From Microthyrium microscopicum (Eukaryota): DNA of 64,000 nt. A program made the position numbers and the translations under genes. The stretch lies in NCBI GenBank assembly GCA_010405405.1, contig MU004231.1, forward strand, positions 3,156,401 to 3,220,400. The letters run 5' to 3'. The notes beneath the pieces were generated by a model. The model worked only from the letters and a program-made list of their open reading frames with translations, was not told the DNA's origin and searched no databases. This document shows positions 59,703 to 64,000 of this stretch, one piece after another; the stretch's first letter is position 1, and every line of letters starts with the position of its first letter.

Positions 59703-61602
59703 TCAATCGCCGACATCTTGTTCTCGTATTGGTAGGAAGTGATTGCTATTATCCAGAAATGCATAAGATCCATCGCCAGGTTGTGTACTAGTGGTAGTAG
59801 TCGGTACATAGAACCCAAGCGGAGGTGGATCGATCAATCGTCTGCAAACATCAAATCCGAGCTCGGTAGCTAGGCCTTCCAACACTCCACTCAGGAAAGA
59901 GACTTCAAGTTCCTCGGATGACTTCAGCTGACAGGCAACTATTCTACAGAAGTTTAGCTCTTTGCTTCGAGTCAATTATGTGGATGAACTTACGCAGCTC
60001 TTATTGCTGGCATCATAGTACCTGCAACACCCAATCGACTTTTCTGACTAATTATGCAGTACTCTAGGCTTCTTATGATTTCCCTCGCATAATCAAGAAT
60101 ATCATGCTCCTGGTTTGGAAGTTGAAGAGCGTTTTGCGGGCTTGGGCGAGTTTGGAGACTCCGTCCACGGAAGATGTCAGTGAACATTGATGGATCATGG
60201 AGTCTTGTTATTGTGTAGGTGAAGCATAACATGCCAGCATTGTAGAGTAGAATGTCTGCTACTTGACTTGGTGAGTTGTAATAAAACACAGTAGACAAGC
60301 ACTTGGGCCGATCCAGTTTCACAGTGATTTTGTTGGTTGGCGCAATATCAGTCTCTGAAACAACTTCTGGATTGATGACTTCCCAATCGTACCTCCACTT
60401 GATGAGATCCCTCATCGATCTTACTATTCGAGCCCTTAGTGACTGTCGAAGGACTGGTTCTTCTTCTGGAGATATGGTATCGTGCGATGCTTTTCCATTG
60501 CGGAACAGTCGATCAACATCATAATACACTCCTGCTAGTGCCGCCACGATGTCCATCAATAAATGATGCGAAGTTTTCGTTTCTGGATGTCGACTCCATG
60601 GAATTGTCTTCCATTCTTCGCTATCCAAAAATGTTGGTTCTCTCGTCGCCACAGACTGGAATATTATCCGCGACCGGACGTAGAGGAAATAGTCATGTAA
60701 AGGTTGAAGAGAGTAAGCTTTCGGTCCACGACGCTCTAACAACTTTCCGATTCCTCCCGCGTGTCTAACCCAGCCGAATTCGTTTGTGTTCATGATGAAC
60801 TCGTAATGATACAAAGTCAGGCAAGTGAGCATGATTTCTTGATCAGTGGATGTTTCAGGATATGCAAGTTTTTCTGCTAGTTGACGAATAGCTCTTCGAT
60901 ATAGACGCCCTCCTTCGTCAATCAATGAAGTATCATTCGAATGCATGCGCCCAAAGTATGTGGTGGCTAAGCTCTTAATTGCGACTTGCTCCAGGGATTC
61001 TGCTCCAGTGGTTTCATCTGACATATTCCATAAGCTGCCTTGCGCCGAATCGCTTTTTGGTTCTAGTAACGTCCGATACAAGTAATTGATACATATCTCG
61101 GCCTGCATGGGCTTGAGATCAACATGGTTTATGAAAGAGACTGCAGATTTGCCAGATGGAGAGTCCGGGTGTATTATATGAGATTCCGCTTCAGACGAGG
61201 ATGGCTGCTCGCTGCCGCTGGGAGCTTCAATGAATCTTCTTTTCGCGAGCTTTGGTGTTTCATCAACAAATCTAAAGTCTTTTTCATAGCCTCCGCAGAC
61301 AGTTCCGTAACGCTCGCAGCGATCACAAGTTGGCCGCTTGTCATCACATTTGACTGTCGAGTTGTTAGCATGAGATAAGCTATTAACATTAGATGTCTTG
61401 ATATGCAAAAAGGTACAAAATAATCTGAAAGGTGATCTAGCAGATATAGTTTTCCGTAGCATTATTGATAGAGACAAAGGGGATTATGAATCTTTATTCT
61501 TCACAGCATCTTCCAAGCTGGTCAGGCTGAGGATTATGGACTGACATTACCTTTTCGTTGCCTACAAGTCTTGCAACCACTTGAGCGAGGCGTGCCGACC
61601 AT
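59703..61602 (-). CDS. Zn(II)2Cys6 transcription factor (exons 61602-61551, 61353-59994, 59943-59703)
   Basis: Spliced MVGTPRSSGCKTCRQRK|VKCDDKRPTCDRCERYGTVCGGY, followed by a fungal TF domain (WVRHAGG…RGP, TFLDSEEWKTIPW). Confidence 0.9.
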
Positions 61603-62533
61603 TCTTCGCAATACTATGACTGGGATTTGTTTTTAGGTACGTACTTCGACTTGGGGTGTTTTCAAGAAGGAACGAAGTAAGTTCATTCTGAATCTTGATC
61701 GAGCGAACGGACTCCCAAGGTCTTCCATTTGTGCCCCTAAATCATGATTATGTGCCATCTTTGTGATGTCCTCTTCGTTGTCAACACAGCTTGCGAACGT
61801 TATGCAGCGTGACGTGGGTGGAGGTTCGTCGGTTCTCAAATTCGCTCATTGGTTGACTATTAATATAAGGTAAGATAGACTGATAGCCAGTCTGTGTGTA
61901 TTTTCCGAGCTGCAGAATTTATTCTCCTGCTTCACCAATCTAGAGTAACAATGAAATTACGGTCGCGTGCACTCTAGATCTTTTGAAAGCTTCTTTCTTG
62001 AAAGCCTGTCGAAATCTGCACAAGGATGGTCCCGAAAACCTTTATATTGCTGTCACTGCCACTCCGTAACATTTTGGTGAGAGATTGTGGATATTATAAG
62101 AGAAGAACATGACCTATAATAGATTGCCAAGCTGCTGATATTAATGCCGTGTAAGATGCTGGAAGATTGGCGGAAATTAAACATGAAGTTTCTAGATCGT
62201 AGTCGACCAGCTCCAGATTGGCAAATTCCACGAGCCACTTAGCAATGATAACTTCAAATTGGTGTTACTTGTTGCATCATCTTAATTGATACTACTACTT
62301 CCTCATGATCTACATCTCATTCATCGTACCAAGTGAGCATGCTCCCCAGACACCGGCCAATAATGCCTCACACACTCTCAACCGCCGAATAAGTATATGT
62401 ACAATAATAGTGACAAGCCTTTTCCTCCTGGTCCAACTCCTCATGCGTCCACACTTGATCTAAATATGCGCCATCCGTTGATAATATATGCAGTGAAAAA
62501 TGCCCCGGGTTTTCCAGGGTCTATCATGAAAAT

Positions 62534-64000
62534 CTATGCGTAAGGTACTTGCTCTTTCGGAGCAGAGACCTGTCGAGCGGAAAAAGTACAGTGGCCCAAG
62601 CCCATATCAGTGCCAGTCACACCCCACTGAAGCTCTTGGAGTGTAGCATCGGCTGGTTCGTTGGGCGATGGGTGGAGTGCCGCAGATATGGCTGCCGAGC
62701 AAGTGCTAACGACCGGAACCCCAGACTTGAATTTGCGGAATGACATATGGCAGATATAATATATCATAGCCAAGTCCAGTACTATAAGGGCCAAATTGGC
62801 CAAAGGCGCGAATGCGGTTGTGGTAAAATCGTTGCCAGGAAGTCGACCAAAAGTTGTGGACTTTACTCCATCGGAAGTCATTTCGTTGCCCCAGGCTTCG
62901 ACGTCGACCACAAACAGGGTCTGCGAAATGGCGGTATGAATAGCGCAGGAAAAGAACATGATAGGGAAAGCGACCTTATATGGCATAAGGAAAAAGTAGA
63001 CGCCTCGCTGTTTGCCTCGGGGGGATTCAGACACTCGCAGGCCTTTCTTGTGACGGGCAAATCGTGACCATTCGTCTTGGAAGATCATGGCGTAAAATAT
63101 GTTGTTGTAGACAACGTAGAGTGTACCACAAATAACGTGTCCAATGTTCGCGAGGAAGACACTGCGGAACATGCCTCCCTGTTCCTTATTGTGCCAACCG
63201 ATGAGGAAATGGGTGTTGATGCTGCCAATACCTTGAGCGAGCATGCCCTCGAGTGTCATGTTCTCATTGGAAATGCAAAACATCGCCACGGTCAGACAGG
63301 TAGATAAAACCATGCTGCGAAAGTATTAGCAAGGGACTCTTTATTATGGACTGTGAGAACTTACAGAAGGATCCAAACGATAACTCTAGTCCGAATGCCT
63401 TCGGCCCATCGTTTCGGTTTCTTAACAAAGTAGCCTGGAGCAGATTTTCTCCATTGTCCGGGATGGTTGATGATAAAGCTTTTGGAAGCCATGCACATGT
63501 GCTTTGTGTATCGGTCTGGTCGATTCATGTAAGAGACAATCGCATCTCCCGTGGTCATAAGCGGTTGTTCGTTGACGTTGAAGGCGACTGCGAACATGAT
63601 CATGGACTTGAAAAGACAGACAAACAACACAATTAGACAGAAAGGCAGGCTGAGTTGCAGCTTGCAATGCTCATCTGATTTTTCTGAAAGGCAATATTCG
63701 ATCTTTGCTCCATCTGAAACCTTCCACAAAGAAGCATCCAATCGTAAATGTTCTGCGTGATATAGGCACTGGTCCGTAGTTTTCAGTTTAAGTCTGTTGC
63801 ATAACCAGGAGTATTGCTCTGGTCCATCACGATTAATGGCGCTTGGAACAGGAGCTTCGTATGCGTCAAAAACATCGCCGGATCGAGACGAGTTATTTTT
63901 GGAAATTAGAATAACGTTGCGTCTGGCCGATTGCACCGGCACTGCATACTGATCTATGCACTCTTTGTTATCGAGCCTCTCGAGCTTGCCAGCCCGAGCC
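62534..64000 (-). CDS. Multi-pass membrane protein (DUF6536-like fungal family), 3' part (intron 63364-63315)
   Basis: IEYCLSE…CKLQLS, PLMTTGDAIVSY, LAN…YN…EWSRF…KGLRVS…QRGVYF…PY, STCSAAISAALHP, LQWG and GHCTFS. Confidence 0.75.

Overview
Eukaryotic genomic DNA from a filamentous ascomycete (Pezizomycotina, inferred). It has short GT-AG introns with CTAAC-type branch points and AT-rich relic transposons with RIP-type C>T/G>A damage. About 21 protein-coding genes can be read: FGGY/ribulokinase (partial), a LITAF protein, choline kinase, an OSGIN-like oxidoreductase, an auxin-efflux-carrier-family transporter, PBS2 MAPKK, Fe-ADH, YSH1, TAF4, FSF1, ATP19, a BTB protein, a hevein-domain secreted protein, a Zn2Cys6 factor, a partial membrane protein and several hypotheticals. 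There are three TA-flanked inverted-repeat elements: a RIPped 1.8-kb Fot1/pogo, a RIPped 7.3-kb pogo-like element just upstream of PBS2, and an intact 146-bp MITE. The most unusual region is 1.4-10.1 kb, a tandem array of three diverged, largely disordered paralogues. They share a ~65-aa core and short W/Y motifs, a 5'-UTR intron whose acceptor abuts the ATG, and a conserved ~110-nt upstream block that folds by eye into a G-U-containing hairpin on the opposite strand. This is a candidate protein + ncRNA cassette repeated three times. All family calls are from motif recognition by eye; no searches were run.
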